A stretch of DNA of 64,000 nucleotides. It comes from Acidobacteriaceae bacterium (lineage in GTDB: Bacteria; Acidobacteriota; Terriglobia; Terriglobales; Acidobacteriaceae). The stretch lies in contig JBATVK010000153.1 of the NCBI GenBank assembly GCA_049671725.1, positions 15,575 through 79,574 on the forward strand, written 5' to 3'. A program made the translations under genes and the position numbers. The notes beneath the pieces are model-generated. The model did no database searches and had not been told where the DNA came from. It saw only the letters and a program-made list of their open reading frames with translations. Below, piece after piece: positions 18,173 to 25,925 of the stretch. Position 1 is the first letter of the stretch. Each line of letters starts with the position of its first letter.

Positions 18173-19384
18173 ATGCTCCACATTCTCCTCGACCTCGGCC
18201 TCTTCGGCCTCCTTACCTCCACGATCTTCACCCTCCTCGCTCTCGCCGGGCTCGTCCGTTTTCTCCGCGCGCGTCAAGCCGCTGCGGCCGGCCGCTCCGG
18301 GGCTACGCCCCATCTTCCACCCGTCAGCCTCTTCAAGCCGCTGCACGGCTTCGAGCCGAACCTCGAAGCTCACCTTGAGTCTTTCTTCCTCCAGGATTAT
18401 CCGGACTTCGAGATTCTTTTCGGCGCGCGCCAGCCCTCCGATGCCGGCCTCGAGATTGCCCGCCGTGTCGCCGCACGCCATCCGCACATTCCCGTGCGCT
18501 TCCTTACTACGGGAGAAGACACCTACATCAACGCCAAGGTCTCTTCGCTCGAGCGCATGGAGGCCGTCGCCCGCACTGACATCTTCATCATCAGCGACAG
18601 CGACGTTCGCGTGACGCCGGATTACATCCGCGCGGTGGTTGCGCCCTTCGCCGACGACACCGTGGGCGCCGTCACCTGCCTCTATCGCGGCATCGCAGAC
18701 GGCAGCCTGTGGTCGAAGCTGGAAGCCGCCGGCATGTCCGTCGAGATGACCGCCGGCGTGCTCACCGCGAATCTGCTCGAAGGCATGAAGTTCGCTCTCG
18801 GCCCCACCATGGCGGTGCGCCGCCGCTGCGTCCGTAAAATGGGCGGCTTCGGCGTGCTCGGGCCCTATTGCTCCGACGATTTTCTCCTCGGCGCCAACGT
18901 CGCGGCGCAGGGCGAAACCGTCGTGCTCTCGCCCCACGTCATCGATCACATCATCCTTAACCTCACCTTCGCCACCTCCGTGCAGCACCAGGCGCGGTGG
19001 ATGAAATCCACGCGCTTTTCGCGCCCGCTCGGCCACTTAGGCACCGCGCTTACCTTCAGCGTTCCATTCGGACTGCTGGCCTGTTTCGCGGCGCTGGCGC
19101 TGCATCGGCCCATCCTCGGCCTGTCGCTGCTGGCCGCCAGCGTGCTGCAGCGGATGATCCTCGCGGCCCTCATCGGCGTCGCCGCGGTCAACGACCGCCA
19201 TCCCCTGCGCGCCATCCTTCTTTATCCGCTGCGCGACCTCATCGGATTCGGCTGCTGGGTCGCAAGCTATGCGGGCAGCACCATCCTGTGGCGCGGCACC
19301 CGCTATCGCCTCTCTCGTGGAGGTCTGATGCACGTCGTCTCCGCGCCCCAGCCCGATCAGACTGAATCCCCCCTGCCGGTCTAG
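18173..19384 (+). CDS. membrane GT2/GT21-type glycosyltransferase (HpnI / ceramide-glucosyltransferase-like)
   Basis: An N-terminal TM helix is followed by KPLHG...DYPDFEILFG, DSD, and a Q(R/Q)xRW-type motif (QHQARW), with C-terminal TM helices. I preferred the ATG at 18173 over the GTG at 18134. Confidence 0.75.
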   Translation: MLHILLDLGLFGLLTSTIFTLLALAGLVRFLRARQAAAAGRSGATPHLPPVSLFKPLHGFEPNLEAHLESFFLQDYPDFEILFGARQPSDAGLEIARRVAARHPHIPVRFLTTGEDTYINAKVSSLERMEAVARTDIFIISDSDVRVTPDYIRAVVAPFADDTVGAVTCLYRGIADGSLWSKLEAAGMSVEMTAGVLTANLLEGMKFALGPTMAVRRRCVRKMGGFGVLGPYCSDDFLLGANVAAQGETVVLSPHVIDHIILNLTFATSVQHQARWMKSTRFSRPLGHLGTALTFSVPFGLLACFAALALHRPILGLSLLAASVLQRMILAALIGVAAVNDRHPLRAILLYPLRDLIGFGCWVASYAGSTILWRGTRYRLSRGGLMHVVSAPQPDQTESPLPV

Positions 19385-20328
19385 CGCAGCGCTGCCCGCC
19401 GCTCCATCTGCGCCGCAGGCTTCACCGGAGTCCGCGATCGCCCCAGCAGCGTGGCGAAGACGCCGCCCACCACCAGCGCGGCTCCGGCCATTTCCAGCGG
19501 CGTCAGCCGCTCGCCCGCCAGTGCCGCTCCGATCATCAGCGCGAACACCGGATTCACATACGCGTAGCTGGAAACGCGCGTAGGCGAATCGTGCGCGATC
19601 AACCACACATACGCGCTATACGAGACGATCGAAGCGGCCACAATCAGATACGCCATGCTCGCGATCACGCGCGCGCTCAGCAGTACGTGCATAGCCGGGA
19701 GCCGGTGCAGTTCGCCCGTTCCCGCCGCCAGCAGAAGCAGAAAGATGCCGCCCGAGAACATTTGCAGGCCGGAGTTCGCATGCTGCGGCCGTGGCAGCGC
19801 GAGCCGGCGCGACCACAGCGTTCCCGCCGACCAGCAGAACGTTCCGCCAAGCATGACCAGAATGGCGAAGGTCGAGAGACCGCTGCTGCCGTGAGTCGCC
19901 GCGTTCGATGGCCGCAGCCCCAGCACCACCACTCCGGCAAAGCCCAGCGCAATGCCGCCCAGCGAAATGGCCGTGGCGCGCCGCTCGCGCAGCAGAAACA
20001 CCTCGCCGGCAAAGATCCACACCGGGATCATCGCGAAGACCACCGCGGCAATGCCCGAGGCCACGCGTGTCTCAGCCCAGAACAGGCTTGCGTAGTCGCA
20101 GGTAAACATCACCAGGCCCAGCGCGATCGAGCCCAGCATCTGCCGCGGCCGCAACTCGAATCGCGCATCAAAGCGGCTCCACAGCAGCAGCGCCAGCCCG
20201 GCGACCATGAAACGAAATCCCGCTGCGAAAAACGGCGGCACGACGGCGACAATTTCGCGGATGGCGAGAAACGATCCGCCCCACAGCACGTAAATTGCGC
20301 CGTAGGCGAGGATTTTCCGGGCAGCCAT
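19381..20328 (-). CDS. EamA/DMT-superfamily transporter
   Basis: 315 aa with 10 hydrophobic helices. The typical N-terminus is GAIYVLWGGSFLAIR, and the EamA domain is duplicated. Confidence 0.85.
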   Translation of the reverse strand: MAARKILAYGAIYVLWGGSFLAIREIVAVVPPFFAAGFRFMVAGLALLLWSRFDARFELRPRQMLGSIALGLVMFTCDYASLFWAETRVASGIAAVVFAMIPVWIFAGEVFLLRERRATAISLGGIALGFAGVVVLGLRPSNAATHGSSGLSTFAILVMLGGTFCWSAGTLWSRRLALPRPQHANSGLQMFSGGIFLLLLAAGTGELHRLPAMHVLLSARVIASMAYLIVAASIVSYSAYVWLIAHDSPTRVSSYAYVNPVFALMIGAALAGERLTPLEMAGAALVVGGVFATLLGRSRTPVKPAAQMERRAALR

Positions 20329-20420
20329 AAACCAGCATAGCGTGAGTCACTTTCGCCCTATGGCAAGCCGCTTCCGGCTGGTACACTCAGGCTTCCCCGA
20401 AACTCGCGGGAGGGAATCCT

Positions 20421-22613
20421 TTGTCTGCAACCCAGGATTTTCAGCCTTTCGTTCCTCCGCAGGAATCGCGGCCGGAACTGACGTTTCGCGCCATCATTCT
20501 TGGCTCTCTCTTCGGCCTCCTTTTCGGCGCGGTCACCGTCTACGTGGGCCTCGAAGCCGGCCTCACCGTTGCCGCTTCCATCCCCATCGCCGTCCTTTCC
20601 ATCAGCGTCCTGCGCGCGCTCGGCCGCGCCTCCATTCTCGAGAACAATATCGTTCAGACCACCGGCAACGCCGGCCAGTCCATCGCCGCCGGCGTCATCT
20701 TCACGCTGCCCGCCCTCATCTTCCTCGGCTTCGATCTCGAATACTTCCGCATCTTCGTGCTCGCCATGCTGGGCGGCTGGCTCGGCCTGCTCTTCATGAT
20801 CCCCCTCCGCCGCCAGCTCATTGTCGAGGAACACGGCACCCTCACCTATCCCGAAGGCACCGCCTGCGCCGATGTGCTGCTGGCCGGCGAGCATGGCGGC
20901 TCCTTCGCCAGCCGCGTCTTCCTGGGCCTTGGCCTCGGCGGCCTCTACACTCTGTTCCAGAACGGCAATATCTTCGGCGCGTGGCCCGACACCCCCGACT
21001 ATCAGCCGGACTGGGGCCGGCAGCACATCATGAAGGGCGCCGCTGTCCGCGTCGACACCGTCCCCGAATACCTCGGCGTCGGCTACATCATCGGCGCCCG
21101 CGTCGCCGGGACCATGTTTGCGGGAGGCGTCTTCTCCTGGCTGGTGCTGATGCCGGCCATCTATTTCTTTGGCTCGCACCTGTCCGGCCCGCTCTATCCT
21201 GCCGTTAAGCCCGTTGCGCAGATGTCCCCCGGCGACATGTGGTCCGCGTACATCCGCCCCATGGGCGCCGGCGCCGTGGCCGCCTCGGGCCTCATCACTC
21301 TGTTCCGGACCGTTCCCACCATTGTTGGCGCGCTCAAAGCCGGCCTCGGCAATCTGCGCAAAAAAGGCGGCAGCTCCGCCTCCCGCGATGTGCGCACGCA
21401 GCGAGACATCCCCATGTCGGTGGTGGTGGGCGGCAGCATCGCGCTGGTCGCGCTGATGTGGATCTTCCTCACCTTCAAGCCGGTTCCCGGAGCGCAGACC
21501 GGCATGCTCGCCAACCTCGCCGCTTCGCTGCTGATCGTCATCTTCGGCTTTCTCTTCGTTACCGTCTCCTCGCGCATCGTCGGTTTGATCGGCAGCTCCG
21601 CCAACCCCATCAGCGGCATGACCATTGCCACGCTGATGGCCACCGCCGCCGTCTTCCTCGTCAAGGGCTGGACTGCGCCCGCTTATGGAGCGCTCGCCAT
21701 CACCGTCGGCGGCGTCGTCTGCATCGCTTCTGCCAACGCCGGCGACACCTCCCAGGACCTCAAGACGGGATTCCTCGTCGGCGGCACGCCCTGGAAGCAG
21801 CAGGTCGCCCTCATGATCGGCGTCTGCGTGTCCACTTTCGCCGTCGGCATCACCCTCAACGCCATGAATCGCGGCTTCGAGGAGTTTCACTCCATGTCGA
21901 AGACCTGGAACCTCTCCGCGCCTCATGACGGAGTCCAGGTCCAGGGTCCATTCACGCGCAAAGAAATTCGCGTGATGCTGCCCAACAAGACCACTGAAGT
22001 CGAGGCCGGCAGCCAGTACATTCTGCTGAATGCTCTGGGCTCTCACGAGCTCGCCGACGGCAAGTACCTCTACGACCCCAAAACCGGCGCCATTGACGTG
22101 CAGTGGATTCAGGGTATCGGCAGCGAGAAGGCCGCCGCACCGCAGGCCCGCCTGATGGCGACCGTGATCAATGGCATTCTCCGCCAGCAACTGCCCTGGG
22201 GATTGGTCCTGCTGGGCGTCTTTCTGGTCATTGCCATCGAGTTGATGGGCATTCGTTCGCTCACCTTTGCCGTGGGTTCCTATCTTTCCATTGCCACCAC
22301 CCTGGCCATATTTGCCGGCGGCATGGTTCGCTGGATGGTCGACCGCGCGGTAGAAAAATCCGATGAAGGCGCCGAAACCGAAAGCGAGATCAGCCCCGGC
22401 TCGCTCTACGCCAGCGGATTGATTGCCGCCGGGGGCATTGTCGGCCTGATGGGCGTAGGCATGAAGCTCTGGGAGTCGATGACCGGCCGCGCGACCAACC
22501 CGCTCCAGTTGCCCCAGACCTTTCTCGACCACCAGTGGGTCTCGGTGCTGATGTTCGCCCTGCTCGCCTCTTCGCTCTATTACTTCGCCCGCAAGCCTTT
22601 GGGAAAGAAGTAA
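20421..22613 (+). CDS. OPT-family oligopeptide transporter
   Basis: 730 aa and polytopic. The OPT-type N-terminus is ELTFRAIILGSLFGLLFGAVTVYVGLEAGLTV. A TTG start at 20421 follows a GGGAGGGA SD. Confidence 0.9.
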   Translation: MSATQDFQPFVPPQESRPELTFRAIILGSLFGLLFGAVTVYVGLEAGLTVAASIPIAVLSISVLRALGRASILENNIVQTTGNAGQSIAAGVIFTLPALIFLGFDLEYFRIFVLAMLGGWLGLLFMIPLRRQLIVEEHGTLTYPEGTACADVLLAGEHGGSFASRVFLGLGLGGLYTLFQNGNIFGAWPDTPDYQPDWGRQHIMKGAAVRVDTVPEYLGVGYIIGARVAGTMFAGGVFSWLVLMPAIYFFGSHLSGPLYPAVKPVAQMSPGDMWSAYIRPMGAGAVAASGLITLFRTVPTIVGALKAGLGNLRKKGGSSASRDVRTQRDIPMSVVVGGSIALVALMWIFLTFKPVPGAQTGMLANLAASLLIVIFGFLFVTVSSRIVGLIGSSANPISGMTIATLMATAAVFLVKGWTAPAYGALAITVGGVVCIASANAGDTSQDLKTGFLVGGTPWKQQVALMIGVCVSTFAVGITLNAMNRGFEEFHSMSKTWNLSAPHDGVQVQGPFTRKEIRVMLPNKTTEVEAGSQYILLNALGSHELADGKYLYDPKTGAIDVQWIQGIGSEKAAAPQARLMATVINGILRQQLPWGLVLLGVFLVIAIELMGIRSLTFAVGSYLSIATTLAIFAGGMVRWMVDRAVEKSDEGAETESEISPGSLYASGLIAAGGIVGLMGVGMKLWESMTGRATNPLQLPQTFLDHQWVSVLMFALLASSLYYFARKPLGKK

Positions 22614-22638
22614 GCGCCTCGCATTATGATTCTGGGAC

Positions 22639-23319
22639 GTGAGCGGCGCGAAGAGATTCCGCGGAATTTTGGAGCGCGATGGCACCAGCCTCAACTGGAC
22701 CATCGTGCGCGTGCCCTTCGACCCAGTGAAAACCTGGCCTGCACTCCAGCGCCTGCGCGTCCGCGGCGCCATTAACGGCTTCGCCTTTCGCACCTCGCTC
22801 TTCCGCAATCAGCGTCTGGGCTATCTGCTCCTGGTGAACAAGACCATGCAGCGAGGCGCCGGCACCCGGCTGGGGTATGAGGCCGAGATTGTCCTGGAAC
22901 CGGATACCGCGGAGCGCGCCGTATCGACTCCGCCGGAGCTGGCCCGCCTGCTGCGGCAGAGCAAACGTCTCGAGCGCTGGCACGATCGGCTTAGCCCCTC
23001 CATCCGCAAGTACATCGCAGCCGCTGTGGCGCGTCCCCGAAGCCCCGAATCGCGCGCGAGGATCGCCGACCTGATGGCCGAGCGCATGCTCCTCGCTATG
23101 GAGGGCGAATTCCGGACGCCTCCTATCCTCGAAGCCGCATTTCAGCGCAACCCTGGAGCCCGGGACGGATGGCTCGCCATGACGCCCATCCAGCGGCGCA
23201 ATCATTTGCTCGGCATCTTCTATTACAGGAGTCCGGAGTCACGGCAGAAGCGGGCGCATAAGATTGTCGAACATGCCCTTCGGGTTGCCTCAAAGCGCAA
23301 GCCCGGAAAGCGCTCCTGA
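22639..23319 (+). CDS. DUF1905 plus YdeI/OmpD-associated (bacteriocin-protection) domain protein
   Basis: DUF1905-like N-terminus (FRGILERDGTSLNWTIVRVPF). Two YdeI-like segments follow (PPELARLL...W..LSPSIRKYI and PPILEAAF...W..MTPIQRRNHL). GTG start. Confidence 0.8.
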   Translation: MSGAKRFRGILERDGTSLNWTIVRVPFDPVKTWPALQRLRVRGAINGFAFRTSLFRNQRLGYLLLVNKTMQRGAGTRLGYEAEIVLEPDTAERAVSTPPELARLLRQSKRLERWHDRLSPSIRKYIAAAVARPRSPESRARIADLMAERMLLAMEGEFRTPPILEAAFQRNPGARDGWLAMTPIQRRNHLLGIFYYRSPESRQKRAHKIVEHALRVASKRKPGKRS

Positions 23320-23669
23320 ACAGGAACTCGTGCCGAAATGGCACGGAAGTCGTCTCCCGCAGTATCACGTTTGCAGGGATTCGCAGTTGAGAAACCCGCT
23401 TGCGAGATACACGGAGAGATGGAGGAAATGTCCCCTAAGTCATTGGCTGCTAAAGCGGCCGAAGGTTGAGCAGGGGGCGATCCCGCCGGTTGGAAGCCAT
23501 AACAGGAGGGTTAACCAGGGAGGAAGGGTTGTTAGTACTACAGTAACTAGAACAATGTATACTTTCTAAATACCGCTGCTTGGCGAAACCCAGCCATTTT
23601 ATCGAATATACTCCAAATTGTTGAGGAAGTACACAAATTTCTCAGAGATTTTTTCAGGAGCTAAAAGTC

Positions 23670-23876
23670 ATGAAACTCATCGTTCGCGCTTTCGTCCTCG
23701 GTCTCTTCGCCGCCGGTGCTTCCGCTGCCGTCGTCTCCGTCCACTCCTCCAACACCACCATGGTGAGCAGCCATCAGACCGTTGTCGCGGCCATGCCGAT
23801 GCCTGGATGCGGACCGAGCGGCGGAGCCCAGTGCACTGGAAACGGAACCGGAACCGGAACGTCGGCTGCGTTCTAA
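23670..23876 (+). CDS. small secreted peptide (68 aa) with a two-Cys loop and a G-N/T repeat tail; no family recognised
   Basis: An AGGAG SD lies 9 nt upstream of the ATG. Sec-type signal peptide MKLIVRAFVLGLFAAGASA. The mature part contains CGPSGGAQC and GNGTGTGT. This is a short ORF, so it is less certain. Confidence 0.55.
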   Translation: MKLIVRAFVLGLFAAGASAAVVSVHSSNTTMVSSHQTVVAAMPMPGCGPSGGAQCTGNGTGTGTSAAF

Positions 23877-24000
23877 GTCGATCCCGGGTACCACGGTCAC
23901 CACGCTACCACAAAAGTTGCAGAAAGCAAAATACCGTCACAGATATTTCTGTTGTGAACGGGGGATCCTTGCGATATCCTCAGTACTTCTGAGGTGAGCA

Positions 24001-24879
24001 ATGGCCCATCTGCAAGACATATTGGTGGCCGTCGAGCCGCTCTTCTTAATTGTCGCGGCGATCGCATTTTTTAAGTCGGGCTCTGCTCGTCGGCTTCCCG
24101 CGCTTGCCACCTATTTCGTGCTGCGCGCTGTATCGCTTGTGTTCCTTGAGGCCGTCTATTACATCGGCGGTCCGATGCATGGCGTTTCGCTGCGTTATAC
24201 GGCTTATTTTTACGGCTATTGGATCTCGTACGTTGCTGCTGCAGTTGCGATCTTCTTCGTCGTTCAGGAAGTCTTCAAGCATGTGCTGGAGCCCGTTCCG
24301 GGTCTCCGCCGCCTCGGCCTTCTTGGCTTCCGCTGGATCAGCATTATTTCTGCGGTTATCGCCATCGGCGCGATCGCTCTGCCCGCTTCAGTTGCGGCAG
24401 CCAATGGTGATCGCATGGGTCCGATCGCCCTGCAGATGAGCCGCTATGTCAGCGTGATGGAAATCTGCCTCCTCGCTTTCCTGGCTCTGTCCGTTCATGC
24501 TTTCGGCCGTTCCTTCCGCAGCCGGCTCTTCGGTATCGCCCTTGGATTCGGCATGCAGGCGGCCATGGAATTGATCGCGTCCGCCCTCCAGGCGGGCAGT
24601 GCTCTCCACTCCTCCATGAATCTGGTTTTGCAGGTCACTACCACCGTCGCGCTCCTGACGTGGTTCGCGTATTTCGTCCTGCCGGAGCCCCGCGAGGAGC
24701 GGAGCATTATCGTCCTGCCCCCGCAGTCCGCGCTGGCTCGCTGGAATGCCCTCGCCAACGGCCTCGGTCAGGCACCCCAGGTTGCTTCCACCCAACCCGC
24801 CAGCGGCTTCTTCCTTCAGGACATCGAAGGCGTGGTGGAGCGCGTGCTCGCCAAGAATCCGGCAGTCACCGCGCGCTGA
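24001..24879 (+). CDS. orphan 7-TM integral membrane protein with a ~65-aa C-terminal soluble tail; no family recognised
   Basis: 292 aa with seven hydrophobic helices read by eye. A GAGG SD lies 6 nt upstream. G+C is lower (about 56% in the first 140 nt by hand count) than in neighbouring genes. Confidence 0.75.
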   Translation: MAHLQDILVAVEPLFLIVAAIAFFKSGSARRLPALATYFVLRAVSLVFLEAVYYIGGPMHGVSLRYTAYFYGYWISYVAAAVAIFFVVQEVFKHVLEPVPGLRRLGLLGFRWISIISAVIAIGAIALPASVAAANGDRMGPIALQMSRYVSVMEICLLAFLALSVHAFGRSFRSRLFGIALGFGMQAAMELIASALQAGSALHSSMNLVLQVTTTVALLTWFAYFVLPEPREERSIIVLPPQSALARWNALANGLGQAPQVASTQPASGFFLQDIEGVVERVLAKNPAVTAR

Positions 24880-24901
24880 CCTCCTGGTAGTTCATCGGAA
24901 G

Positions 24902-24935
24902 AAAAGCCCCGGATCTCCGGGGCTTTTCTCTTCCG
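24902..24935 (+). terminator. rho-independent terminator
   Basis: AAAAGCCCCGG-ATCT-CCGGGGCTTTT forms an 11-bp stem with a 4-nt loop. It is followed by a TTTTCTCTT tract, 23 nt after the stop of the 7-TM gene. Confidence 0.75.
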
Positions 24936-25011
24936 CGCCCAGCTCTGTTGCTTCTCGCCTGGTGTGCCGGCGCCCGCACGCCGCCTTCGTCCACGCCTCC
25001 CGAGGCCTGAA

Positions 25012-25044
25012 GCGCAAAGCAAAGGCCGGACGCGAGGTCCGGCC
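25012..25044 (-). terminator. rho-independent terminator of rplU-rpmA
   Basis: On the minus strand, GGCCGGAC-CTCGC-GTCCGGCC forms an 8-bp GC stem followed by TTTGCTTTG. It lies 22 nt past the rpmA stop. Confidence 0.6.
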
Positions 25045-25065
25045 CTGCTTACAGCAAATCCAGCC

Positions 25066-25329
25066 TTATTTCGCCTCGACCGGCTCCACGGCGACGTAGC
25101 GCCCGGTGCGTCCGCGATCGATAAACTTCACCCGGCCCGCGATCTTTGCGAACAGCGTGTCGTCGCTGCCCCGGCCCACGTTGAGCCCCGGCTTCAGCTT
25201 CGTGCCCCGCTGGCGAACGATAATCGAACCGCCGGTGACCACCTGCCCGGCGAAAATCTTCACGCCCAGCCGCTGCGCGTTGGAATCGCGCCCGTTTTTC
25301 GAACTTCCCAAGCCTTTTTTATGTGCCAT
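25066..25329 (-). CDS. rpmA: 50S ribosomal protein L27
   Basis: [24 protein letters not shown]... is the canonical L27 N-terminus. 87 aa. Confidence 0.97.
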   Translation of the reverse strand: MAHKKGLGSSKNGRDSNAQRLGVKIFAGQVVTGGSIIVRQRGTKLKPGLNVGRGSDDTLFAKIAGRVKFIDRGRTGRYVAVEPVEAK

Positions 25330-25377
25330 GTGTCCTGTTCCTGAAGGCCCGCTCGAGGCGGGATGGAATTCTCCGCC

Positions 25378-25701
25378 TTACGCGGTGTAACTGTTGCCGT
25401 CCACCTGGATTTCGCTGATGCGCACCGCGGTGAAGTTCTGCCGGTGCCCCTGCAGCTTCTTATATTGCTTCTTCCGTTTGAAGTGGAAGACCAGAATCTT
25501 ATCGCCGCGGCCCTCGCCCACGACCGTGCCCAGCACTTTGGCGGTCTGCGGCTTCACCAATGAGCCGGATTCGCCCGAAAACGCCAGCACTTCGCCGAAC
25601 TCCACAGCGCCGTTCTCGCCTGCCTTCAGGCTCTCCACCTTCACCACATCTCCCGGAGCAACCCGGTATTGTTTGCCACCAGTGCGGATGACCGCGTACA
25701 T
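25378..25701 (-). CDS. rplU: 50S ribosomal protein L21
   Basis: MYAVIRTGGKQYRV... is the canonical L21 start, at the internal ATG at 25701. A GGAGGG SD lies upstream. Confidence 0.97.
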   Translation of the reverse strand: MYAVIRTGGKQYRVAPGDVVKVESLKAGENGAVEFGEVLAFSGESGSLVKPQTAKVLGTVVGEGRGDKILVFHFKRKKQYKKLQGHRQNFTAVRISEIQVDGNSYTA

Positions 25702-25884
25702 AATCCCTCCGGCGCCCGCAAAACACATCCGGAATTCCCGGCGGGCGCAGCGTGTAAATTGAGCTGGGCGGATACCATCATTTTCGCGCCGGGCTGACCC
25801 GCGCGCGAAGGTCCCGGAGACATACGGACCAGGCAGAACTCGCCAAACCTTCTTAGTCTATCGGGAAGTCAAGGGTCCGGTCAA
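25702..25884 (-). promoter_or_regulatory. candidate sigma70-type promoter (TTGACC-N18-TAGACT) and a ~150-nt structured 5' leader of rplU-rpmA
   Basis: On the minus strand, TTGACC is at 25884-25879 and TAGACT at 25860-25855. The leader contains an 8-bp GC stem, GCGCCCGC...GCGGGCGC (25712-25748), ending right before the SD, plus two further GC hairpins. This is motif-level evidence only. Confidence 0.4.
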
Positions 25885-25925
25885 TGCTTCCCCCGCTGCT
25901 CGCTGTCCGAAGCGGATGTTTGCCG

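Noticed and set aside
20358-22808. 816-aa minus-strand ORF
   Set aside because: It is antisense to the clearly recognisable OPT transporter gene. Its composition is dominated by Gly, Ala, Arg, Asp and His with no recognisable domain. It is a shadow ORF.
23400-23560. Fragments resembling RNase P (GAGGAAATGTCCCC versus GAGGAAAGUCCGGGC) or SRP RNA (CCAGGGAGGAAGGG) motifs
   Set aside because: Only short partial matches are present. The region is far too short for RNase P RNA, and the other universally conserved blocks and the SRP domain-IV hairpin are absent. I kept it only as a generic ncRNA candidate in the findings.
23883-23978. Cluster of common cloning sites (CCCGGGTACC, GGATCC, GATATC) between the peptide and 7-TM genes, reminiscent of a polylinker
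   Set aside because: The order and spacing match no vector polylinker I know. CCCGGG-type hexamers are frequent in GC-rich DNA. The surrounding sequence contains a native SD and hairpin. I treat this as coincidence.
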